From the NCBI GenBank assembly GCA_043228905.1, contig JBHGNT010000012.1, positions 12,586,001 through 12,650,000 on the forward strand: DNA of 64,000 nt, read 5' to 3'. The DNA is from Azolla caroliniana. Its lineage: Eukaryota; Plantae; Polypodiophyta. The notes beneath the pieces were generated by a model. It had not been told where the DNA came from. It worked only from the letters and a program-made list of their open reading frames with translations, and did not search any database. The position numbers were made by a program, and so were the translations under genes. This document shows, in pieces, positions 36,533-48,249 of this stretch (position 1 is the first letter of the stretch; each line of letters begins with the position of its first letter).

Positions 36533-36534
36533 TG

Positions 36535-36924
36535 TGTTGGCCGGTCAGAAGAGCAAGGACAAGTGGGAAGGCGGAGTCGGATCGGATAATAGGGAGTAAA
36601 TAATAGTAGAATTATTATTTGGAGGGACGGATTCGGTACAGTTGTACCGATCCGGATCCGGACCAATTCGGATGTCGGTTGCCTAAGCGCACCGATTGTA
36701 ACCTTGTCGGATGCCTATAAAAGGATCCGATGATTTGTAAAGGGTTTGACGGAAGTAATACAAAAGTAATTATTGCGTGTTTATCTGTATCTTCGTATTG
36801 TTTACCGTCTGTGCTTAATTGTAATCATCTTACGCGTGTAACCTAGCATCCAATCCTTACCACCCCTTTGGAGAAGTGTCGGATAGACACCTGTGTTGAG
36901 GCTAGTCCGGCCAGGCAGACAACA
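36535..36924 (+). repeat. 3' LTR of J
   Basis: TGTTG...CAACA termini, TATAAA at ~36716, homology to the K LTR; B coding resumes at 36925. Confidence 0.85.
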
Positions 36925-38173
36925 CTTTGGCGAACAAAGGAGTGCCAATGTCATTGGTGTTGAGGATGAACATCCTCCTGTCTCTGCGCCCTTGCGCAAT
37001 GATTTGACCCTCTTCCTCGATGAAGCACCCGAGGTGCGTGAACCATACCTGCATCCCCTGGTCGACAATCTGTCCAACCGACACCAGGTTCTTCGTGATA
37101 GTCGGAACGTGTAATACGTTCATCAACTTCCCTCTCTGTCCGACGTGGCTCAAAGGGACTTCTCCGATATGCACGATTGGGTGAGGAGTGTCGTCTCCGG
37201 TTTCCACAACTCCCAGTTGTTCCGGTTTCTCCAAGAAGGAGAACCACTCTTTGTGGCTTGTCATGTGATTCGACGCACCGGAATCAACATACCATACTTC
37301 CTCCGACTTGGAAATGGTCTTCTTCATCGAATTTGCCTCGTGCTTCATCACCAAGGTTGGCCCCTTACCGGTCTTCCCGGTTCCGGATCCTTTCGATCCT
37401 TGCGCGTAGTGCGAGCTTTGTCGGTTCTCCCGACTGGTTTTGCCAGATCCAGATCTGTTCGAATCGGCGTGCTTCCTCTAACACTCGCTTTCTCTGTTGC
37501 CCTTTTTGCCACAGTACCAGCATTCCATCGCGGATTTGTCTTGCCGGCCTTTGGCGCCGCCTTGACTCCCCCTACTTGTGGTGGAAGTCCCGAAACTGTT
37601 GTCGGCACGTTCTCTGTGCCTTCTTTCCTGCTCTTGCCGACCGCCTCCAGTGCGTGTTGGCCCACCTCGTCCCCCACGCCCACAGGGCTTATCTGCCTCC
37701 GTGTACAGCATCTGGTTATCCGATTGAGTGGTCCTGGACCCACTCACGTGGTTTTCTTCGACCATCAGCATCGATTGCAAGTCGAAGAAGGTCGGTGGTT
37801 TCTCCCGGGTGTAGATCGTTGTCTGAATTGGCCCGTACCTTTGCACTAGACCACCAAGGCAGATTTGTACCATTTTTGTGGCGAAAATCTTACGTAGATT
37901 TTCCCAGGCCTCCTTTGGTGTCTTTGCATCCCTGATGTAGCCGAGCATCTGGTCGTGCACATAGGACGCAAGGCAGTATAATACTCGGCTCGCTCCATGC
38001 TCCCATGCCGGGAAGTCCTTGTGTCCAGGCTCTGGTGCTACCTCATTCATTCCTTCCACGAAACTCCAATACCCATGCCCCAATAGGTACTGGTGCATTT
38101 TGTATGACCAAGACGCGTAGTTGCTCCAGTCGAGCTTCTCTATAGGAAGTGAACTCGCCATACCTTTTTCCAT
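36925..38173 (-). pseudogene. B gag-protease
   Basis: LPIEKLDWSNYASWSYKMHQYLLGHG, CWYCGKKG, WYVDSGASNHMT. Confidence 0.88.
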
Positions 38174-38285
38174 TTTTTTTTATATTTTTTTTTCGTCTAC
38201 TATTCTATTCTCACAACCTGTAGGGTTTTTCTTGCGAAAGCAAATGTCAACTGCAGAAGTCTTCAACCCTCGCGCTCTGATACCA

Positions 38286-38681
38286 TGTAAAAGATTATGT
38301 GCGGAAGCAATAGAAAGTGAACACAGAAAACACGCAGGTTTAATGGAAAGCTTTACAGTACGCGGGAGAGATAGAGAACGAGCAAAACAACTTAATTCTA
38401 TTACGAAACAATAATAGTTCTATGTACATGAAACGTGCTCAACGACACTATTTATACAAGTCCTGAGAGGACTGACAGAAGTACCGCGTACTTCAATGCT
38501 CACTCGAGTGTCTGGCACTGACTACGAGACTATTAACTCCCTAGTAGTCTAGCTACTACTGGGCTTCCGGTTACTGATGGATCTAGCTCACCGTGTCACC
38601 GATCCGGCTCATCCTTCCGGATGCCGATCCGGTTCATGCTTATTCAGCCGATCTGAATCTGGTTGAGCTTGCCGCTCAACA
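38286..38681 (-). repeat. 5' LTR of B
   Basis: Adjacent PBS and TSD. Confidence 0.92.
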
Positions 38682-38686
38682 GAATC

Positions 38687-41573
38687 CATTGGGGTGTGAA
38701 AAATCCGCGTTGTGTGCAATCATGTTGGTCCCAAGATTACTTGCTTTTGATTATCAAACGTTGGATCACCAGGACGAGGTGCAAGATATGAACGTCGTGA
38801 TAGCGCATCTACTTTTCCTTGCTGCTTCCCCAATCGATATGTGATTTTGAAGTCAAAATGTGTTAGGAATTGAGCCCACCAAGTTTGACGTCGATTTAGC
38901 ACCCGAGCGTTCTGGAAATAAGCAAGGTTTTTGTGATCACTAAAGACGATGACCTGATGTGGAGAGCCGTCTAAGAAATGCCGCCACTGCACAAAGGAAT
39001 CCACGACGGCTAATAACTCCTTGTCATGTATTTCGTAGTTGATTTCCACGGCATCGAATTTGCGCAAATGGAAAGCCACAGGATGTAACTCTTCTTTATC
39101 TCCTTGTTGAGAAAAGATGTTATCGAGGGCAAAATCCGAAGCGTCGCCCTCCATGATGAATGGTTTCTTTGTATCCACATGAGCTAGAATAGGAGTTGAT
39201 GTAAAGGCTTTCTTAAGATGCCGAAAAGCCATGTCCGCTTCATTGGACCAAAGAAATGCTTGTCCCTTCTTCATAATTTGTGTGAGAGGTAAAATAATCT
39301 TCGAGTAATCCTGTATAAACTTGCGGTAGAAGTTAGCAAAACCTAGAAAACATTGTACATCTCATACCGACCATGGAATTTGCCACTTTAGCACAGTTTG
39401 GACTTTAGCTGGATCCATGGAGATTCCCTTTCAGGAGATGACGTAGCCTAAAAATTCCACTTTCTTGCAGTCAAAGCTACATTTTTCTAGCTTGGCATAA
39501 AGACCATTCTTGCGGAGTCATTTTAGTACTAATAGTACATGACAGTCGTGCTCTTCCTGGGTCTTCGAATAAATTAATAGATCATCCAGATAGATGATCA
39601 AACAGATATCCAAGAGGTCTCTAAATATATCATTTGCCATGTGTTGGAAGACTGCAGGTGCATTGGTTAGACCGAATGGTATAACAGTATATTCGAAATA
39701 CCCATACCGCGTGCGAAAGGAGGTCTTCCATTCATCTCCCGGTCGGATCCGCACGAGGTTATACGATCCTCGTAGATCGATTTTTGTAAAAAACTTGGCA
39801 CCATTAACTCGCTCTAAAAGACTTGATATAAGAGGAAATTCATACCTATTCTGGATGGTGACTTAATTCAAGTCGTGGTAATCAACGACGAGACGAAGTG
39901 AGCCATCTTTCTTCTTTTCAAAGAAGATGGGTGCACCGGCCGGAGATCTCGAATGACGAATAAACCCGCTTGCCAAGTTCTCCTCTATGTAGGCTCGAAG
40001 GACTTCTAACTCGGTGGGTGACAAGTTGTAAATTGGTCCCCATGGTGGCTCTGCTCCTGTTTGTAAATCGATGGGACAATCATAGGGACAATGATGAGGA
40101 AGAGTACTGGCTTTTACCTTGTCAAATACATCGGCATAAGGATGATATTTCGCCGAAAGTTGCACTAAGGATTCCTCCTTAATAGTGTTGGAAGGATGTA
40201 TTGATATTGTAAATAGGAACATTGCCTCCTTGTGTCCTTCTTCGCGTAATTGACGTAGTGAAATGGTCGAAACTCGATTGGTAGATTCTTGGGGTTGTCG
40301 ATGTCGGTCTTCTCTTGTTCTCCAATCTATGTTTGGATTATGTAATTCAAACCAAGGTAATCCTAGGACAATGGGATGCTCTGGACTACTAATTATATTA
40401 AATGCTACTACACACACAAAACTACCTAGGACAACTTGAATGGATTCTGACTCTTCTACAATATTCCCGGAAGCAATGGGACGACCATCAATGACTACTA
40501 CAGATGCGGGGCAAGGAAGTTTTCTTAAGGATATCTGAGAAGCTTGGGCAAAATTTCGATCCATGAAATAGGATTTAGCTCTGGAATCTAGAAGTGCTAG
40601 GACGTGTACTGGGGGAGTACTTTTAGTACTAACCATGACTTGGGCTAGGAACACATTGCTAACTTGCTTGGAGGGGATGGAACCACTAATGGGTTGTACA
40701 GATCTAGGGTTGTCCAACCAAACGGCTCCTATTTTGGCTGGACTCAATCGTTTAACTCTTCATCTAATTGACTAAGGATTTCAAATTTGTTTGAGAAACT
40801 TGGGCTATTAGTACTACTAATACTATCAGACACTCTATTAGTACTATTAATACTATCAGACACTCCTAAGGGAAGAATTGACTTGAGTTTAGTATAGGGT
40901 ACAATTTGATTTACCTGTCTTCTTGGCCTATGGGGACAATTGATTGCGATATGCCCTGGTCCACCGCAATAAAGACATAATCAATTTGCACGTCGTCGTT
41001 GCTTTTCTTCTTCCGATAACGGGCCACGTCGACGCATGGTGTTGATCTCCATCAGTGTCGGAGTATTTGCTTGAGGTATGTCTCATGCAAATGGTTTAGC
41101 CGTGACTGAGGCGTAAGTGGGCTCCGACCTAGAGCGTGGTATTTGTAATTGACGTTCCGAATGCCATTCGAAAAGGCGGTTGTCACATCGGACCGCTCCA
41201 CTAATTGCCTCCGTAAGAGACTTTGGTTCTTTAGGGAAGGTTAGAAGTAGATCTTTGACACCGTTTCGCAGGCCATAGCGAAACTGCTCCATTAGTGCCT
41301 GATCATCCCATGGGATATCAGAAGCAAGTAGACGGAAATCCGCCGCGTAGGCAAAGGCTGGATGATCGCCTTGACGCAATCATCGGATTTTGTTGATCAC
41401 CATCCGGATGTTGTCTATATCTCCAAAGCAAGCTTTAAACTCACTAATAAAGTCTTCAAAGTTATTAAGTAAGGGTGATTGTTTTTCCAGAAGCGGAGTA
41501 AACCATGCCAAGGTTGAGCCGCTAAGCAATGTGCCTATTAGGCCAACTCGGGATGCATCAGTGGGGTATCGAC
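38687..41573 (-). pseudogene. D gag-PR-RT-RNase H
   Basis: LCLYCGGPGHIAINC, LLDSRA, YLDD, GDASDFAL; stops and frameshifts. Confidence 0.88.
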
Positions 41574-41927
41574 AAGAGAGAGATAGAAAGAGAGAGAGAG
41601 ATAGTGAGGACGAGAGAGAGAGAGAGAGAGATGATGATAACAGATGATATATTATAGGAAGAGTAAGTACAGGATGGTTATGAGGCTTAAGACTGGCGTT
41701 GAACCAATTTGGTTCAAAATAATGCCTAGTGCCTTCTTTTATAGTGTTCTCAGGAGTAATCCTGAAGCTTCTAGAATGTTCCAGAGAAATCTGGAATATA
41801 CATTAATTTCCTATAACAAAACTTAAATGAAAATAATATCCTTCGTATTACAATAGATCGTATAATGGTCAAGAGCTCGACCCATATAACATAAATTCAT
41901 GGGTTTGAGTCTTGCCATATCATGTCA
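41574..41927 (-). repeat. 5' LTR of D (U5 side deleted)
   Basis: Matches 22335-22660. Confidence 0.85.
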
Positions 41928-42304
41928 AATATGGCGCGTAATCCAGTGCAAAGATTGGACTCGTAAGTTAGTACGCACAACTTGTTCGTATTGGTGCGTA
42001 AACCGAAAGGCCGTTAGAGAGATATTCCTCATAAGGAATAATTTTGGGAGTGAGTGTCGTGGCTCATTTATGAGCAGTCAAGTACTGTCAGTACTTGTGT
42101 CAGCCCAGTTGTTAGGGCTTGTATAAAATGTGCTCAGTGAGCACAAAGCATGTATAGACTGAGAATTTTTTTGAATAGAGTTGTGTGTATGCTCTACCTC
42201 TCTATCTCTCCCTCTCATCTCCATCTCCATCTCTGTGTTTTCTGCATTTACCGAACTGTGTACTCTGTGTTACGCACACGACTCCGCACACATATTCTTC
42301 TGCA
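41928..42304 (+). repeat. Remainder of the C 5' LTR
   Basis: Matches 56383-56743; PBS follows. Confidence 0.9.
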
Positions 42305-42415
42305 TGGTATCAGAGCGTGAGAGTTGAAGTCCTCTGCAACTGACAAGAAAATCTTGCGACAAAACAGAGTTGAAGTTGTTCTTCATTTTTTTTCGGAAAA
42401 GAAAAAGACAACAAT

Positions 42416-43773
42416 ATGGATAGAGGTATGGGAAGCTCACTATCGACTGAAAAGCTCGACAAGAGCAACTACGCATCTTGGTCGTATAAGATGCACCAGT
42501 ACCTGCTTGGTCATGGCTACTGGAGTTATGTTGAAGGAGTTAATGATACAACACCCGAATCGACACACATGGATTTTTCGGCTTGGGAACAAGCGGCAAG
42601 CAGAGTTCTCTACTGCATTTCATCCTACGTGAGCGACCAGCTATTGAGCCATATTCGGGATACTAAGACGCCAAAGGACGCGTGGGCAAATCTCAAAAAG
42701 ATCTTCGCCGCGAGCACAACGCCCAAGAAGCTGTAGCTCAGGCAAGAGCTCAGCAATGTCCGGCAGAAAGATCTGTCTATGGCCGATTACACAGCCCGAA
42801 TCAAGGAAATCTATGACTCACTCGCCTCCATCAACGTGAACATCGAGGAGGACGAGATGGTGCAAGTGTGCTTTGGTGGGCTAGCATCTAGCTTCGGAGC
42901 TTTCTGAATGGCAGTCTGTACGAGGGAGAATACGCCTTCATTTTTCGAGCTTCAATCGATGTTGCTCATAGAGGAAAACCACGCAGGTGCGTCGACGAGT
43001 ACGCACGCTGACAGCAAGATGTTGTACATGGAGGAAGATAGGCCTTGTGATCGTGGTGGACAAGGCGGATCGGCGCGCAATGCAGGCAGCTGACAAGAGC
43101 AGAACAGGCGGCATAATTGAAATGCCAACAGCAGTTCCGGACCCTCCACAAGGACAAGGAATCATGGTGGCACCAAAAGCCGGCAAGAGAAGGCCGCGTC
43201 GAAATGCTACTATTGTGGCAAGAAAGGCCACAAGGAGAGCGAGTGCTGGAAAAAAAGAGCAGATTCGAACAAAGCCGGATCGAGCTGAAGAGACGCAGAG
43301 AGGCGTCAGAGATCGCACTATGCAACCGGATCGATCCGAAAACAAATCAGGCCCAGCCTTCGTAATGAAGCATAAGGCCAATTCTATGGCCGTGAACACC
43401 TCGAAATCGAGCAAGATGTGGTATGTTGATTCCGGAGTGTCAAATCATATGACGAGTCACGAGGAATGGTTCTCGTACTTGGAGAAAGCGGAATCGCAAG
43501 GAGTGGTCAAAACGGGAGACGACATTCCGCATACCATCGAACATATCGGGAAGTTCCCCTCAACCACATCGGGCAAAAAGGGAAACTCATGAACGTGTTG
43601 CACATCCTGACAATAACGAAGAACCCGGTGTCGGTCGGTCAGATCATCGACCAGGGAATGCAAGTTCGATTCACGCATCTTGGTTGCTTCATAGAAGAGG
43701 AAAGCAAAGTAATCACGCAAGGGCGTCGTTAAGGGATGATGTTTATCGTTGACACTAATCAAGCCGGAACCGC
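42416..43773 (+). pseudogene. C gag-protease
   Basis: STEKLDKSNYASWSYKMHQY, WYVDSGVSNHMT. Confidence 0.88.
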
Positions 43774-44524
43774 TGTCGCGATATTCCGTGAGTGCGTGTA
43801 GGATCCGAGGCGGGACCGCAGGGATCTTGAACTAAGGAGTTGAGGAGAAGGAATAAGACATGAAACGGAAGCTTAGCTCAAGAGGAGAGGAGAATGATTA
43901 TGACTTGAAGATTGAACAAGAGACGGATGGAGGCAAAATACTCAACAAGTTATATTAAGAAAACACAAACGAATATAACCATGGCGGCATAGGCCAAAAC
44001 CCAACGACTACAAGAAACCCTAACCGGATAAGGAAACCAAGTAAAGAAGATGAATAAGGAAACCCTAAGAGAAACCCTAAGCCTAAACCTAAATGGGAAG
44101 AAGAAGAACCCTAGAACTATGTGGTATACCTTTCACACTAAAAAATAGGCAACCCCTTCACAAGTGACCCCTCACTCCCTTTTATAGTAGTAAGGAGTGA
44201 GCACATTACAAGAGGGAGTCAAATAGCCTTTCATTTAATGGGGAATATCTCCCTTGATCTTAAATCGGTGGGCCTTAACTCTCTCTCTCCTATCACATTC
44301 ACTCTCAATGCCCACTACTCATTCTACTCTACAAAGTGCACATCACATTTATGCCTCTACGAACTTCATGGTGCACCTTTAACACCTTATATTATTACCC
44401 TTCCCGTTACATTTTGTTTACTTATTCTTATCACACAAATTTACAAGTGCATGTGCAATGTTGCACATCCCCATTTTATTTGTCCCTCCCGGTTTTCTCA
44501 CCGTAGCCGGAAATCTTCACGACT
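43774..44524 (-). repeat. 3' LTR of Z
   Basis: Uninterrupted homolog of 47655-47733 + 52226-52884. Confidence 0.88.
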
Positions 44525-46690
44525 TCCGCCCCCACCAAACCCCACATCCACCGGTATGTGCCAAGAGGGAAAAGGTGAGAGATTTTGGCGACGGTGATCA
44601 ACCGGGTCCTCCGCCGTCCCGGCACCCGACCACCTTGTCGGCTCCTTCCGGCCCCGATCCGTTGGCTCCATCCGATCCACCAGGTCCACCGCGTGTCCTC
44701 GAACCACCGACTCCATCCGATCCGCCATATCCGACGTTCGCGCCTTCCTCCCCGTTCGGTCCTCCCAGACGCCGTTGCCATCTATGCCCTTCGATTGGGC
44801 CCTTGGTCACTTCGGTTGTATGCCAGATTCTGTGCCTTGCGTGCCGCATATGTCCCTCCGTCGGTTCGATAGTCTCAACGTCCCGAACACCTCCGCGTGC
44901 CGACTCTCTCCGCTCCGTGCTCGCCTTTCGTAGGCTCTTCCCGTGTGCCGTTATCGTTCCCTGAATGCGCGCTCATTCTTCGGTCCTTAGGCGACCCCAT
45001 TACCCGCTCCTCACTTCCTCCTTGCTTGTCGTGCTCTCCCGCTATAGAGCATACCATCATACCGACCTCCATGTCGGTGTCCTTCGCGGCTCTTGTTATC
45101 GCTTCGCCTCAACTTGCGTCGTCTTGGCCTCGCATGTCCTCCAGGACGCCGCGCTTTCTCTTCCCGGCGTGTATCCCTTTGTTCTCCGCGCACCGTCCTT
45201 CTCTCCCGTCGTTCATCCGCCGATCACGACACCTTACCGCTCCGTCTCTCGCCGCGTGCTTGCCTTTCAAAGGCTCGACCAGTCCAACGTTGCCGATCAC
45301 TCTTTGCCGCTCTTCTGGGTGCATGCTTGCTTCTTGGCCCTTTGTTGGCCATAGTGCATGCTCCGTTTTACGGCCTTCACTCGTCGTAGACCTGACCTCC
45401 GCGTCGGCCTCTTCTCCCTTTGTTGTCGTAGCCCGTTCCGACTCGGGCTTGCCATCTTGGCCCCGCTCGTCCATTATTTCATACCGGATACCCGCTCCGA
45501 AAACCGAATCCTTGTCACCACTCGCCGTCTCTCCGGTCTTATGTAGATCTGCAACCGCCAAAGTCTCTAGAATAGGTGTGGAGGGTCCCACTCATTTCTG
45601 GTCTTTCATAGAACCGTAGTCGTCATGCCCGCTTGGTCCTTGCCTAGTTCGGTCCCGACCGATCATGTTCCGGTTTGGTCGGCTTCCTTCCATAATCGTA
45701 ACCGGCCGGTAAGGGTTCGGCCGAACACTTCCGTTCTTGCCGGCTCTTCTTCCGTTCGGGCCCGGTTGACCGGCCCTTGCATCATTCTTTTCCCAGTCCG
45801 CCTTCCGGTTGGGTTTGTTCCCGACTCTCTCCTTGTTGCCGCTCTCAGCCTCTCCTTCGGTCCTTTCGTATATGCCCGTTTCGGGCCTCGGATCCTCCTC
45901 TTCGTTTCGGTCACTTGCCTTGCCGCCGCCACCATTCGTCACTCTATGTCTCATGCTAGCTCTTGGGCCGGATGCCGGAGTCTCTAGAACCGGCGCAGGT
46001 AAGATCCGGCGCAGGTAAGATCCTGGCACCGCTTCTCGTTATGTCCGTAGCCACCTCCATCCGGACATCGTTGTTCGTGGCTACCCCGTCTCCAATCGCG
46101 GAAGCCTCGATTACGCTTGCCGCCTCCTTTTCTCGATCTCCTTGCGGTCGTCTTGGTTGCCCGCCTTGCCGCCGCCATCGTTCGTCGCTCTAGGTCTCAC
46201 ACCGGCTCTCGGGCCGGACGCCCGAGTCTCTAGAATCGGTGTGGGTAAGGTCCCAGCACCACCGTTCGTCTCCTCCCCGCTTGATGTTTCGGACCACTGT
46301 GTCCCGAATCCTCCGCCCACTCTCGAAGTGGCACTCCCCGCTTCGTAGTCACCGGCCTCATCCATGGTCGTCCCTTATCCATAAGACGAGAGGGTCACTT
46401 GCTCTGCACCCTCTCCCATGTCGTCGTTGTTGCACGCTCTTCCGGCCTCCGCATAGGCCCCATCGTCCACGCATAGGGAGGCTTCTTCCTCTACATCCTC
46501 CGATCGTCTCCGGCCCGACTCCATAATAAGCCCTTCTTCAGCTTCGAACTTCGCCTTCACGTTCTCGCACACTTCCCATACCAATGCCTCTAGGTCATAC
46601 TCCTCCGGTTGATCGCGTGTTGAACTCTCTTTCGGCAGTAGTGCGTAGCCGCTCACCACCCTCTCTTCTCCGCCGCTCGCGGGCCACGTT

Positions 46691-47255
46691 GTGCCCCCAT
46701 ATGAGAGGGGAAAAAACTATATTCCTTATGTGCCCCCATAAGAGGTTTTTATAGTACATAATGTAACGGTAAATAATATGTCCGTTACAAAAAGAGATCA
46801 TTACATTCTTGTCACATGCACATAATTGTGCATGTGCTTCTACACATACTCATCCTCACACTCATATATATTACACATATCGAACAACCCCTTTAATGTG
46901 TTTTACCTTTATATCGCCCCGTACAACTCCTACGGGTAACAAAGGAATAAGACACGAAACAGAAGCTTAGCTCAAGAGGAGAGGAGAATGATTATGACAT
47001 GAAGATTGAACAAGAGACGGATGGAGGCAAAATACTCAACAAGTTTTATTAAGAAAACACAAACGAATACAACCATGGCGGCATAGGCCAAAACCCAACG
47101 ACTACAAGAAACCCTAACCGGATAAGGAAACCAAGTAAAGAAGATGAATAAGGAAACCCTACGAGAAACCCTAACCCTAAACCGAAATGGGAAGAAGAAG
47201 AACCCTAGAAAAACCGTTACATTATGTACTATAAAAACCTCTTATGGGGGCACAT
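46691..47255. repeat. Inserted copy of a Y-LTR/Z-LTR junction with a 43-bp inverted repeat
   Basis: 46701-47209 resembles 51981-52477; 47213-47255 is the exact reverse complement of 46728-46770. Confidence 0.85.
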
Positions 47256-47610
47256 CGGGTTGCCAGCATACCCACTCCGGTTTCGTGTATCCGTATGCCT
47301 CCAATAGAGCTCCCTCAAAGGACTCCCACGACTCGTGAGCTTCTTGAAGCTCCTTGACCTCTTTGTGCACCGATATAGCCGCCACTCGACGAAAATATTC
47401 TAGCCGCATCGCTTCGTCCACGCCCCTCTTTGTCATCTCGGCATTGTACGCTTCCAAGAACCTCGGGACATTGTCCCCGTTGAATCGGCCAACTCGATCG
47501 ACCACACTCTCAACGGCTTGTTAAGCCACATCTTGCCTCGCCTTCTTCCATCGGGCATCCATCACAATCTTCGCCATCATCTCTGCAAAGTCGAAGTCTT
47601 CGTCTTCCAT
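47256..47610 (-). pseudogene. Z gag N-terminus
   Basis: MEDEDFDFAEMMAK...RFNGDNVPRFLEAY...SWESFEGALLEAY. Confidence 0.7.
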
Positions 47611-47733
47611 CTCCTTTCTCCCTTGCCGTCTCTTCACGTTGGGTTCACCTAATATGTCGCAATATTCCGCGAGCGTGTGTAGGATCCGAGGTGGGACAGT
47701 AGGGATCTTGAACTAGGGAGTTGAGGAGAAGGA

Positions 47734-48202
47734 TGTTACCGATTAGGAACATTGTTTATGGTCAGTCCTTCGACCTAGACCTCAAAGTGACTGTGTTGCA
47801 ACGAATGGTATCGTCGTAGCGTAATACTTAGTGGGATACCTCCCGTATCCTAGTAGCGTAGAAGGGAGACGGCTACAACCGAACTCCTTAGACAGTGGAC
47901 TAGCAACCACACTGTTGCTCACGCCTACGCCCTTACGACTACGCTACGCCACCAAGAATCACAGACACACAGTAGATTAACCACAGATACGCACAGGGAT
48001 CAGAGAAGATAGAACTCTATTAAGATGCGCCTTTTACATTCAAAATTACACGCTACCTCTATCAAAGGATTTCTGCCCTTTATATACATAGGGTCTTTTA
48101 GCCGTTCACGCTTCCCGCGTGAACCGTTTACATGCGTTACAATATTACTATATTCTATATTTCTGCGCTCTTGCCCGTCGGTTACTATTCCAGCGGACAA
48201 CA
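47734..48202 (-). repeat. 3' LTR of X
   Basis: TGTTGTCC...GGTAACA termini on the minus strand, TATA on the minus strand ~48080-48088; single copy in the window. Confidence 0.75.
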
Positions 48203-48204
48203 CC

Positions 48205-48245
48205 TGGCACGCCTGTGGGACAGTGCCATGGCACGTCAAACCCAC
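48205..48245 (-). other. tRNA-Arg 3'-half-like element at the PPT position of X
   Basis: GTGGGTTTGACGTGCCATGGCACTGTCCCACAGGCGTGCCA, then GG, then the LTR. Confidence 0.75.
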
Positions 48246-48249
48246 CCCT

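Larger units (their letters stand above)
29369..36924 (+). mobile_element. Non-chromoviral Gypsy J (Athila/Tat/Phygy-like), 5'-truncated, with extra 3' ORF
   Basis: pol, ORF2, tRNA-like element, LTR 36535-36924; no gag or 5' LTR. Confidence 0.9.
24180..38681 (-). mobile_element. Copia B (inserted in D pol)
   Basis: LTRs 24180-24554 and 38286-38681, perfect TSD GAATC, PBS 38274-38285, PPT 24555-24565. Confidence 0.92.
22247..41927 (-). mobile_element. Tcn1-like chromoviral Gypsy D (inserted in the 5' LTR of C)
   Basis: LTRs 22247-22660 and 41574-41927 (partial), PPT 22661-22673, decayed TSD AGTAC/AATAT against host AATAC. Confidence 0.85.

Noticed and set aside
36515-36534. Reading the motif as an ordinary PBS of an element on the opposite strand
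   Set aside because: pol, ORF2 and the LTR TATA box all point the other way. Family Y has a separate canonical PBS. The motif also includes T-arm-like sequence beyond what a PBS needs.
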